From the NCBI GenBank assembly GCA_963845145.1, contig CAWJQU010000008.1:1-64000 (forward strand): DNA of 64,000 bases, in the 5' to 3' direction. Shown here piece after piece: positions 20,513 through 29,311 of this stretch. Below the pieces are notes generated by a model. It had not been told where the DNA came from, made no database searches, and worked only from the letters and a program-made list of their open reading frames with translations. This stretch comes from an uncultured delta proteobacterium (GTDB lineage: Bacteria > Desulfobacterota > Desulfobacteria > Desulfobacterales > QNYZ01). The number at the start of each line of letters is the position of its first letter. Within the stretch, counting starts at the first letter, position 1. A program made the translations under genes and the position numbers.

Positions 20513-21838
20513 GTGCTTAGAGGAACCCATGTGAGCGCGTTTCAATCCAATCGGATTTCAACCTCAGGCGTTCGAAACAACAAATCTGGTTTCTACTATG
20601 GTTGGGTTATTGTTTCCCTGGCATTCTTTAACTTGGTGATAGCCTTCGGCATCTGGTATTCATTTGCCGTTTTCTTTATCGCTGTAATGAATGATTTGGG
20701 TGGCACTCGAGCGGCTTCAGCCGCTATTTTTTCAATATTTATGATGGTTCATGCACTGGCGTCATGGCCGGTGGGTTTTTTTATCGACCGATATGGTGGC
20801 CGCAAGGTCATTCCTGTTTCCGCTGTATTTGTGGCCGCAGGTCTTTGGGCCACAAGTACCGCTACACAATTGTGGCACCTATATTTCTTCTATGGTACTG
20901 CCACGGCAGCCGGGATTTGCGGCATTGGGCATTTTGCACATTCCGTGATACTCCCGAACTGGTTCATGCGTCGCCGCGGATTGGCTATCGGGATTGCAAT
21001 GGCCGGCTCCGGCGTCGGCATGCAAATCATTGTTCCACTGGTTCAATATATCATTTCCAATCATGGTTGGCGTTCAGGCTACCAGGCCTTAGCTGTTTTG
21101 GTCTTGTTCAGTGTGGTTCCCTTAAATGCGTTTCTTCAACGTATCGCGCCGAAGGACCAGTCAATAAAAACCTCTGAATTTTCCCAACCTGAAAAAAACA
21201 CCCCAGGATTACCTAAAAAAGCGAATGTCGAGGGCAACGATCAAAAACCTCATTTTGAGTATTCCAGCATGACTCTGTACAAAAATCGCCTTTTCTGGTG
21301 TTTATTCATTTCCCGATTTACCGCAGTTTTTGCCACACAGGCCGTATTGGTTCACATGGTGGCGCACATGGTGGATCGTGGATTTACTGCCGCCGCAGGT
21401 GCTTTTGTTCTAGGCATAACGGGTATGGTCGGATCTGGGGCAAAAATTCTTTTTGGGCACCTGTCAGATAGAGTTGGTCGTGATATCACCTACACCTTCG
21501 GGTTAGCCTTTACAGGCGCGGGTGTGTTGAGTTTGTTTATGATCCATCCGGATCAATTGATTTCAGTCATACTGTTTGCGACATTCTTCGGTATCGGCCT
21601 GGGAGCGGTTGTCCCAATATTCCCAGCCAGAGCTGCGGATATTTTTCAGGGCTCACATTATGGGCGGATTTATGGAATCCTTTCCCTTGCCGGCGGTTCC
21701 GGTGCTGCCTTTGGGAGCTGGATCAGCGGAAGGATATTCGATCTTACACAATCATATGAAATTTTCTTTTTTTTATCGATAGCCCTGATGGTTTGCAGCG
21801 CCTTACTATTCCGTTGTACAAATCCGAAGAAAGTTTAG
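20513..21838 (+). CDS. MFS transporter (MCT/OFA-like)
   Basis: About 12 TM segments, YYGWVIV, DRYGGR, WFMRRRGLAIG and SDRVGR. Confidence 0.9.
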   Translation: MLRGTHVSAFQSNRISTSGVRNNKSGFYYGWVIVSLAFFNLVIAFGIWYSFAVFFIAVMNDLGGTRAASAAIFSIFMMVHALASWPVGFFIDRYGGRKVIPVSAVFVAAGLWATSTATQLWHLYFFYGTATAAGICGIGHFAHSVILPNWFMRRRGLAIGIAMAGSGVGMQIIVPLVQYIISNHGWRSGYQALAVLVLFSVVPLNAFLQRIAPKDQSIKTSEFSQPEKNTPGLPKKANVEGNDQKPHFEYSSMTLYKNRLFWCLFISRFTAVFATQAVLVHMVAHMVDRGFTAAAGAFVLGITGMVGSGAKILFGHLSDRVGRDITYTFGLAFTGAGVLSLFMIHPDQLISVILFATFFGIGLGAVVPIFPARAADIFQGSHYGRIYGILSLAGGSGAAFGSWISGRIFDLTQSYEIFFFLSIALMVCSALLFRCTNPKKV

Positions 21839-21934
21839 ATGACTTTGCCAGAACAATCCGTCGCTTATGAATAAAGAATCCACTCCCCGAGGGGCTGGTA
21901 TTAAGTTTACCCCTATAAATAGTATAAAAATTCA

Positions 21935-22102
21935 ATGGCAGGCTGGGTGAGCTACATGAAAAAACCAGGCGATAAGCCAATACTAGTAGAAGGTAAAATG
22001 TGCATTGGTTGTCATGAAGCTTCAAACGATCAACATCCCTATTTTGACAAAAATATCTAAGTGATATTTAGAGATTATCTATTTATAAAAACAGCAAAAT
22101 AG
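21935..22102 (+). pseudogene. C-terminal remnant of a c-type cytochrome (P460-like)
   Basis: Manual translation MAGWVSYMKKPGDKPILVEGKMCIGCHEASNDQHPYFDKNI*VIFRDYLFIKTAK*: CxxCH followed by a D-x-hydrophobic-F tail, with an internal stop. Confidence 0.55.
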
Positions 22103-22110
22103 TTGATACT

Positions 22111-22245
22111 GAAAGAGGTCCGTTTCATGAAAGTGTAAAAGAAAACTTGCGTGACATTATCGAAAAGCACCAACCGGAACCCTTGAATAACCGAATAACG
22201 ACCGAGGTCGAACGACTCTGCCAGGAGGGAGAAAAGAGAGATTAG
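22111..22245 (+). pseudogene. C-terminal remnant resembling a trimethylamine methyltransferase (MttB) family protein
   Basis: Manual translation ERGPFHESVKENLRDIIEKHQPEPLNNRITTEVERLCQEGEKRD*; no start codon. Confidence 0.5.
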
Positions 22246-22936
22246 CAAAATATGTAAAAGATCAATACGTCCCTTTTACTTTCAGAAAAGCTTATTGATG
22301 ATTATTTGAAATGAACCGTCTTATTCATAGGATGTGTATATTCGTACCCTCGTCATTGGGCAAATTTCTCTTCATCGATCGGCCCCGATACCAAAATCGG
22401 CGTGGCATCAATCTTCTCAGCCGACATCATTCTGACAACATTTTTCGACATGCTGAAATTTTGCTGGTTTGACAATACGTAACCCAAAAATGGAGTTAAC
22501 AGACCTTAAACACATATCTGGATTTTAGTGGCTTCTCTCGTAAGTAAAATTCACAATAACTCTACATAACCTTTTGATATTGCATTGTATTTTTAATTCT
22601 TCTTGACATTTATACAATTATATTAAATAATAGACAATCAACAGTGACCTGAATTTCAGTTAGTGTTACTAATATTTATAGATGAATTCTAAGATTCATA
22701 CTCACCTTTTATCCTATTAAATGATTTTTAATTTCCTTTCTTCATTAAATTTGAATCCGGTTACGCACGAGTTCAAACCGCAATATTCGGGAAAAGTGAA
22801 ATGGAGATACCACTCAAATTGTGCCTACCTTTCTCCTGATAGGATCGTTCTGTCAGGAGTCAAATTTTTTGCTTCAATATGACCCTACCAATTGTTTAAA
22901 GTGTAGACTCACTCTCACTAAAAAAATGAGGTTGCT

Positions 22937-23248
22937 ATGGTAGCCAAAGTTTTAATCAAGAGAAGCATAAAGGAAGGCAAGACCCGGGAAGTATTCGCCC
23001 TGCTGAATAAATTCCGCTCGGATGCCATGAACCAGAGGGGATACATCTCCGGTGAAACGCTGATTAATCACGACAATCCGCAGGAGATCCTGGTCATCGC
23101 CATGTGGCAAGGGATAGAGAACTGGCATAAATGGAAGGAAAACCCCGAACGAATAGCCAATGAAGCCAAAATGGCCCTGTGGTTGGAGGAGCCCACGAGC
23201 TATGATACATACATATTCGGCACATATTTCACTCAGTTCAAAAAGTAA
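22937..23248 (+). CDS. Antibiotic biosynthesis monooxygenase (ABM) family protein, copy 1
   Basis: KVLIKR...GYISGETL...W..IENW..W...ER pattern; GAGG RBS. Confidence 0.85.
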   Translation: MVAKVLIKRSIKEGKTREVFALLNKFRSDAMNQRGYISGETLINHDNPQEILVIAMWQGIENWHKWKENPERIANEAKMALWLEEPTSYDTYIFGTYFTQFKK

Positions 23249-23296
23249 CTTTGGGGTAACAACAAAAGTCAGCCATCTGTATTCCCTATTAGAAAA

Positions 23297-23437
23297 ATGG
23301 TGGGTACACTCCTGCCCGGCACCCACCTGAACGAACACGAAGCATATGACATAATGATGAAGAAAGTAAGGGATAAGGCAGACATCCCTTTGCCGTTACA
23401 CGATCCGGAATTAGCATCTAAAGATACAGTTCACTAA
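23297..23437 (+). pseudogene. C-terminal remnant resembling an AHL-lactonase-like MBL hydrolase
   Basis: Manual translation MVGTLLPGTHLNEHEAYDIMMKKVRDKADIPLPLHDPELASKDTVH*; PGxH...AYD...ADIxxPLHDP tail. Confidence 0.5.
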
Positions 23438-23460
23438 TCAAAAAAAGGAAGGAGTTTAAA

Positions 23461-23784
23461 ATGGCGGTTGAAATTTTGATCCGAAGGAAGTTTATATCAA
23501 AGAAAGCGAACGAGGTTGCCCCGCTTATGGTAAAATTGCGGTCCCTTGCTTTGACGCAAACCGGTTATATCTCGGGTGAATCATTGAGATGCATTGATCC
23601 GCCCGGTGAAAATGAATATTTGGTTAGAAGCACATGGCGATCCGTCGAGGACTGGAAAAACTGGCTAAATAGCGAGGTTCGGACAGGCATCCAGAAACAG
23701 ATCGATGTCATCACCGGGGAAAAAACCGAATACAAAATTTATGAACCATTGGTGGGTGGCATCGCTCCTAAATATAACGTATAA
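23461..23784 (+). CDS. ABM family protein, copy 2
   Basis: GYISGESL...STWRSVEDWKNW; strong RBS. Confidence 0.85.
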   Translation: MAVEILIRRKFISKKANEVAPLMVKLRSLALTQTGYISGESLRCIDPPGENEYLVRSTWRSVEDWKNWLNSEVRTGIQKQIDVITGEKTEYKIYEPLVGGIAPKYNV

Positions 23785-23883
23785 CAGCTATCTGTTAAGG
23801 TGGTTCTAAATACATCTGTATATAGCATAAAGTTGAAATATGGTTCTGAGTGTAACAACATCGCGCCCAAATAAGGAGTTGCT

Positions 23884-24918
23884 ATGCAATTTGAGTCCAT
23901 TAAGAAAGAGACCGTCATACTGGATCCGCAAAAGGGGATGGCCCGGCAAAGCATCCCCAGTGAAATTCGCGTCGATCCCCTCACTGGACGAACCGCACGT
24001 ATATGCCATTTCATGGAGCTTAAGTGGGAGAAACCGGACTTCGACGCCATGGTTTCGGGAACCGAGACTTGGTGCCCATTCTGCGAGGAAAAAGTGCTTA
24101 CGGTAACGCCTTGCTTCCCCGCTGAACAGATCCCCGAAGGCCGTCTGCAGAAGGGCGACATGGTGATTTTCCCCAACATCGCGCCATACGACAGCATCGG
24201 AGCTGTAGCCACCTTCGGTTCCCGGCACTACGTTCCCATGACGGACTTCACCGTGGACCTTATGGCTGCCGCTTTCGGTTTCACCAATGACTTCTTCCGC
24301 CGCATTGCCGCCACCGGCCATCCCGAATCGGTCTACCACATCGTAAACTGGAACTACATGCCACCGGCGGGCAGTTCGTTGATCCACCCCCATCTTCAGG
24401 TCTTTTCCACCTCCACGGCTCCCAACCTTATGCGCCGAGAGATCGACGCTTCTCGTAATTACCGGGAACGCCACGGATCGACCTATTGGGAAGACCTTGT
24501 GGCTGCGGAAAGGGCCACTGGCGATCGCTACCTGGGCCAGATCGGTCGCACCCACTGGATGACTGCATTCGCCCCTATGGGCGTTGCCGGCGATGTCCTG
24601 GCCGTAGTCGAAGGGGCCCGCTGCACCTTGGATCTTACCCAAAAGGACCTGTCCGACCTATCGGGTGGCCTGGCCAGGTTGATGGCCGAATACGACAAGA
24701 TGGGAATATACAGCTTCAATATGAACTTTTTCACCGCCGTAAAGGGGGACGACCATTTCTGTTTCCATCTGCTCTTCTCGCCGCGCACCTTCTTCAACCA
24801 GCAGCTGGGAACACCAGATATCGGCGCCCTGCGCAATCTGTTCAACGAAACCCTGTGCATGGCTTACCCGGAAGAGATTAATGAGTTGCTAAAGAAGGGG
24901 TTTGTGTTAGAGGCGTGA
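23884..24918 (+). CDS. GalT-like nucleotidyltransferase (HIT superfamily)
   Basis: RVDPLTG, CPFC, FPNIAPY and AGSSLIHPHLQ (HxHxQ). Confidence 0.85.
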   Translation: MQFESIKKETVILDPQKGMARQSIPSEIRVDPLTGRTARICHFMELKWEKPDFDAMVSGTETWCPFCEEKVLTVTPCFPAEQIPEGRLQKGDMVIFPNIAPYDSIGAVATFGSRHYVPMTDFTVDLMAAAFGFTNDFFRRIAATGHPESVYHIVNWNYMPPAGSSLIHPHLQVFSTSTAPNLMRREIDASRNYRERHGSTYWEDLVAAERATGDRYLGQIGRTHWMTAFAPMGVAGDVLAVVEGARCTLDLTQKDLSDLSGGLARLMAEYDKMGIYSFNMNFFTAVKGDDHFCFHLLFSPRTFFNQQLGTPDIGALRNLFNETLCMAYPEEINELLKKGFVLEA

Positions 24919-25192
24919 TTGGATATCACTTATTGACAAGGTGCCTAAAATTGTATCCGTATTGATTTTTATCATATTCTCTTATGAAAGGTCTGAATTT
25001 TTCTGCGATATAAATATGTACTCTTCGGTATGGAGCCCCTGATTTTTAGGTTGAAAATCGAAATACACAATCATTAAAAATGAAATAAAAAAGTTTGATA
25101 ATTTAGAATTTCTCAATATATCGTAACCTATATGATGAAATCAACTAAACCCTCGCACCGTTTTAGCCTGACCGTAAAGCAGAGAGATTATT

Positions 25193-26125
25193 ATGTATCG
25201 TAGCAGTATAATGAAGGTCTTGCTTATCGTCTTTGTTATTGTACAAATCGCTTGGTTAAAGGCTAATGCGAATGAATTGTATTTCATAGATGCACACAGC
25301 CAAGTAGATCACAATGTGGTCCCGATAAATAAAGTCATCTCTCTAATGGATAGTGCAGGGGTCCGTCACACTATATTGTCAGCACGTGGCAATATAAAAG
25401 GGAAAATCTTGCTAAGATTATCCAAAGAAAATCCCGGGCGAATCACGCCCGCAGTAAGGACAAAGGGCAAGCCCTACAACACAGGGTCAAGGAAATATTA
25501 TGAAATTCTCACAAAACAAATCTCGACGAAACAATATTACGCAATAGCTGAGGTCTTAATTTATCACGCTAAAAAGGGCAATAAGGCCTCAGAGGTAATG
25601 ATATTCCCAAATGATAACAGGGTACAAGGTGCACTCAATTATGCGATTGAGAATGGCTGGCCTTTTATAGTCCATATCGAATTTGCTTCGTTGTATGGAG
25701 AAATGCGAAAGAATTTCATGAGGGCATTTAAGCAGATGCTCGACCAACATCCAGAACAACCATTCGTTCTAACACACATGGGACAACTGAGTAAAAACAG
25801 ATGTCTCCGGTTGATAAAAAACCATAACAATTTGTATTTCCACACTGGATGGACCAACCCTGCAGCCGTTGAAAGCTCAAACCAACCTTGGACGAATATA
25901 TTCGAGGGAAATAGCCTTGCACCTAAATGGAAAGACCTATTTATCCAATATCCTGATAGGTTCATTTTTGCATTGGATAATGTATTTGCTGAGCATTGGA
26001 GCGATTTTTACCTCGAGCAAATGAAATATTGGAAAAGGGAATTTGCGAAACTCCCAGCAGATGTTTCACATATGATTGCGCACGGAAACGCGGAGCGTCT
26101 TTGGCGCATTGCCCCAAGAAAATGA
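25193..26125 (+). CDS. Exported amidohydrolase-superfamily (TIM-barrel) protein
   Basis: Signal peptide, FIDAHSQ, VHIE, THMG, YPDRFIFALD and IAHGNAERLW. Confidence 0.8.
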   Translation: MYRSSIMKVLLIVFVIVQIAWLKANANELYFIDAHSQVDHNVVPINKVISLMDSAGVRHTILSARGNIKGKILLRLSKENPGRITPAVRTKGKPYNTGSRKYYEILTKQISTKQYYAIAEVLIYHAKKGNKASEVMIFPNDNRVQGALNYAIENGWPFIVHIEFASLYGEMRKNFMRAFKQMLDQHPEQPFVLTHMGQLSKNRCLRLIKNHNNLYFHTGWTNPAAVESSNQPWTNIFEGNSLAPKWKDLFIQYPDRFIFALDNVFAEHWSDFYLEQMKYWKREFAKLPADVSHMIAHGNAERLWRIAPRK

Positions 26126-26306
26126 AAATACCACCAACCCATCAAGTACCGACGATGTTCAATTATAATCACAATGGGTCAAGTCGGCATACATTCATAA
26201 TTTTTTTCCTTGTTTTACAAAAATATAATTATACCTTTTAGGCAAATAACAGGTTGTATTTCGTTTACGAACCTTAGATTAACCTATTCAATGAAAGGAT
26301 CTCATC

Positions 26307-26639
26307 ATGTTGGTTAAGGTTTTTATCAAAAGAAATATCAAAGAGGGAAAAGAGAAAGAAGTCTTTGCGCTGATTAAAAAACTCCGTTTCAAAGCCATGG
26401 ATCAGGAGGGGTATATTTCCGGTGAGAACTTGGTGAGCACTGACAATCCTCAAGAATTAATGGTAGTCAGTACATGGCAAGGCTTAGAAAATTGGAATAA
26501 ATGGAAAAAGAGCGATGGAAGAAAAAATATCGAAGTTCAACTAGAGGAATTTCAATCGGCGCCTGCTACGTGTGAATCATTTGTATTTAATAAGCATAGG
26601 ATTTCTGTTCAGACGGGCTTCTCAGATTTTGCCGGGTAA
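26307..26639 (+). CDS. ABM family protein, copy 3
   Basis: Close paralogue of 22937-23248 (IKEGK..EVFAL..K.R..AM.Q.GYISGE.L...DNPQE). Confidence 0.85.
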   Translation: MLVKVFIKRNIKEGKEKEVFALIKKLRFKAMDQEGYISGENLVSTDNPQELMVVSTWQGLENWNKWKKSDGRKNIEVQLEEFQSAPATCESFVFNKHRISVQTGFSDFAG

Positions 26640-26689
26640 AAGCATTGTAATGACCACTATGAAGTCGATCTCTTTCTGGGGGCTTTACA

Positions 26690-27115
26690 TTGATTAGACC
26701 ACCCATGGATGCCGTGGAGCGTGGCAATCTCGACGAGATTCATTGGGTTGCCGAAAACGTATACCAAGGCATTGCGAGGGTGTTGCTCGAACATGGGGCG
26801 AGCAGGATCATTCTGGATAGCCACCGACTCACTCCTGCCGATAGGGCCAGACTACAAGGCCAAAAGGATCTTATTACACTTCTCGAAACTGTAAACGGAA
26901 ACAGGAAAGCGGTAATGCTCGGCTCCACGCGATCTTCAGAAAACCACACAACGGATATGGCGTGCGTTTTCCCAAAACAGATGCACAGCAAAAGCCGCCA
27001 GGTACTGGCGGATTATATCGAGAACCAAACATCGACTGCAGCGTTTCTTCGCCTATTCTCTTTGGTCAATTCCAGTTATCTCGAGCTCGGCAAATGTCTT
27101 GTCAAACTTCGCTGA
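26690..27115 (+). pseudogene. Degenerate ankyrin-repeat remnant; remainder of the ORF probably spurious
   Basis: IHWVAENVYQGIARVLLEHGASRIILDSHRLTPADRARLQGQKDLITLL follows the ankyrin consensus; TTG start. Confidence 0.5.
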
Positions 27116-27120
27116 ACGTT

Positions 27121-27507
27121 TACATATAATGTTTGATGCTTCTGTTCGGATCAGCTGCAATGCTGCCAAAGAAACAGCACTCATGCAAGCGCTCGCGATA
27201 AAGGGGATGCGATAGTCAAGCATCCAGAGAAAACCGCCTACGGCTGGCAGAACAACCGCTGCAATGCGTTTGATGCTGAACCCACAGCCATGCTCGGTGC
27301 GATATCCAGGGGGTCGATTATTTTCTTAAAATAGGTTTTGATGACAATGGCAAAGCTAAAAATAATATGGTCAGGGATTTAAAGAAACGCCACAAGTAAT
27401 ACGGAGTCAGTAAATGCATAGGCCATAAAATGAGAACCAAGCTGGCATATTATAAAGATGGCACGTTATGCTCACCAAAGCGAACGATATTTTTGCTGAT
27501 CATGAGA
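27121..27507 (-). pseudogene. C-terminal remnant of an MFS transporter
   Basis: Manual translation ...RFGEHNVPSL*YASLV...DHIIFSFAIVIKTYFKKIIDPLDIAPSMAV...IAAVVLPAVGGFLWMLDYRIPF..., with in-frame stops and shifts. Confidence 0.7.
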
Positions 27508-27601
27508 CTAAAATATTATTAGATGCGGCGATTGTGGACAGCATAGGTATGAATGTGCCATATCATTATTGATTTTATTTAAATATAGGAGAACACGACC
27601 C

Positions 27602-28423
27602 ATGCAAAATGAGATATCCCGGTTCCAGCTATTAGGTGAAACCTTGACGCAGCATGGCACAGAGATCGTGATAGCGCTCACGATAATGATCAGCGGCCTC
27701 ATGCTCGCCAGGTGGGTTCACAACAGCTTAAGGGAAAAAACGCGAAAGCTGAGGCCTGATAGCAAATTTGCACCCCTTATGTGCAATATTATTTACGTCA
27801 TTATTGTCGCTATCACGATAATGGGTACAGCGGTGGAATTCGGTGCCAAGCCCGTCAATTTGTTTCGCCTGGTAGCCATCATTGTATTGATCGTTGTTGG
27901 TGTCATGATTTTTCTGCGGCCTTTGATCCCTACTTTACCCTTCAAGGTTGGAAATAACGTCAAGGCGGGTGATCTGCTGGGTAAAGTTGAAGCCATATCT
28001 TTTCTCAATACCCGCTTAAAGACGTTTGATGGGAAGACCTTTTTTGTACCCAACCGGCAAATTCTCGACGACATCGTCATCAACTATCATTTTACCAAGA
28101 CTCGCCGCATAAAGGTGAATGTCAGCATTCGGTACGACCAGGATTTGCTGAAAGCAAAACGAATACTGGAGATGATTATGATCGAAGATCCCCGAGTGAA
28201 GCAAAAACCAAGCCCTGTTGTCTATGTTATGAATCTGGGTGCCAATGGTGTGGATCTGGGGGCTCGCTGCTGGGTCAACAACAAGGATTTTTGGGTCACC
28301 CGTTGCGACTTGCTGGAAAAAACCAAGTTACGCTTTGATAATGAAGGTATCCAATTCGCTTACCCGCAGCTGGATCTGCACATAGACCCAAAGGAATTAC
28401 AAATGAGTGAATTCAACCAGTAG
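27602..28423 (+). CDS. mscS: Small-conductance mechanosensitive channel
   Basis: 3 TM segments, PFKVG...GKVEAI...TRLKTFDGKTFFVPN and GIQFAYPQLDLH; AGGAG RBS before ATG 27602. Confidence 0.88.
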   Translation: MQNEISRFQLLGETLTQHGTEIVIALTIMISGLMLARWVHNSLREKTRKLRPDSKFAPLMCNIIYVIIVAITIMGTAVEFGAKPVNLFRLVAIIVLIVVGVMIFLRPLIPTLPFKVGNNVKAGDLLGKVEAISFLNTRLKTFDGKTFFVPNRQILDDIVINYHFTKTRRIKVNVSIRYDQDLLKAKRILEMIMIEDPRVKQKPSPVVYVMNLGANGVDLGARCWVNNKDFWVTRCDLLEKTKLRFDNEGIQFAYPQLDLHIDPKELQMSEFNQ

Positions 28424-28495
28424 ACCGAAAACACACAACCGATATTCAAAGACCACAGTATTGACGATGAATAGCACATTACAAGGAGAACAATA

Positions 28496-28816
28496 GTGAA
28501 AATCACAGAAGGATTGAAAATTATCGAAGATGGGTGGGTCCGGAAACCCAAAGGATTTCGCGTAAAATATCGAAAACAGACAGAAACCGGCATGGAGAAC
28601 GGTTATTCCCCTCCGATAGAAGCGGAACCTATGGGCTCCGATGTGACCGCCTGGCGATACGCTTGGAAGCTATGGCAGGCTACCCAAAAAGAAGCCGAAA
28701 CATCTGCGCCCGGGGTACTTTACAATATCACGGTCGTTGATGACCAGGACCAGCCCATCCGTTTCTATGGCACCGGTGACTATGAAATTTACAATTCTAC
28801 ACGCATTTCTGAATAA
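28496..28816 (+). CDS. Hypothetical protein
   Basis: 106-aa ORF with AAGGAG RBS and GTG start; globular composition. Confidence 0.7.
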   Translation: MKITEGLKIIEDGWVRKPKGFRVKYRKQTETGMENGYSPPIEAEPMGSDVTAWRYAWKLWQATQKEAETSAPGVLYNITVVDDQDQPIRFYGTGDYEIYNSTRISE

Positions 28817-29024
28817 GGCCAATCGATATAGAAGACTTCTAAAAGTCCCGATAATCATGAGGTTCTATTATGCTTGAGATAGGGCTGGGAGACCTTGTTG
28901 AATGTTTTCAAATCAACGATATCTCCAATAAAGTGTTATTCAATTAATTGTTTTTATATGATACATAGAAAGAACCTGCTGAATTCATTGTTAACAACCG
29001 ACATTCACACAAAGGCTAAAAGAT

Positions 29025-29285
29025 ATGGCTGCAACAAAAAAAGAAACTGTTCTGGACTTCCTTAACAATGCTTATAATGAATATCATATTGATTATCGCG
29101 AAAACTCAATAACATTATCATACGACTTTGTAATTGAAACAGGGACATCCAAAATATTCTTAAAAATCGGGCAGAAACGTTGGGATGATTCTGATAGCAC
29201 TTCCATTTTGAATTATTTACAATCGAAAGAACAACAGATTCGTAAAGCTGTTTTGGACAATCAGGACGCAATTCTTCGAATGTAA
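29025..29285 (+). CDS. Hypothetical protein (AT-rich)
   Basis: 86-aa ATG ORF filling the gap before the RND gene. Confidence 0.55.
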   Translation: MAATKKETVLDFLNNAYNEYHIDYRENSITLSYDFVIETGTSKIFLKIGQKRWDDSDSTSILNYLQSKEQQIRKAVLDNQDAILRM

Positions 29286-29311
29286 TAGCCCGTATCAGAT
29301 CCAAATATGAT

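Noticed and set aside
22051..22069. AAATATC-N5-GATATTT palindrome next to TTGACA as an operator
   Set aside because: Lies inside the cytochrome remnant frame, is AT-rich and precedes no intact gene
23806..24642. 278-aa ORF on the minus strand
   Set aside because: Antisense shadow of the GC-rich GalT-like gene
25150..25182. attC-like right end before the amidohydrolase gene
   Set aside because: GTAAAGC breaks the GTT triplet, and no matching hairpin or downstream attC could be built
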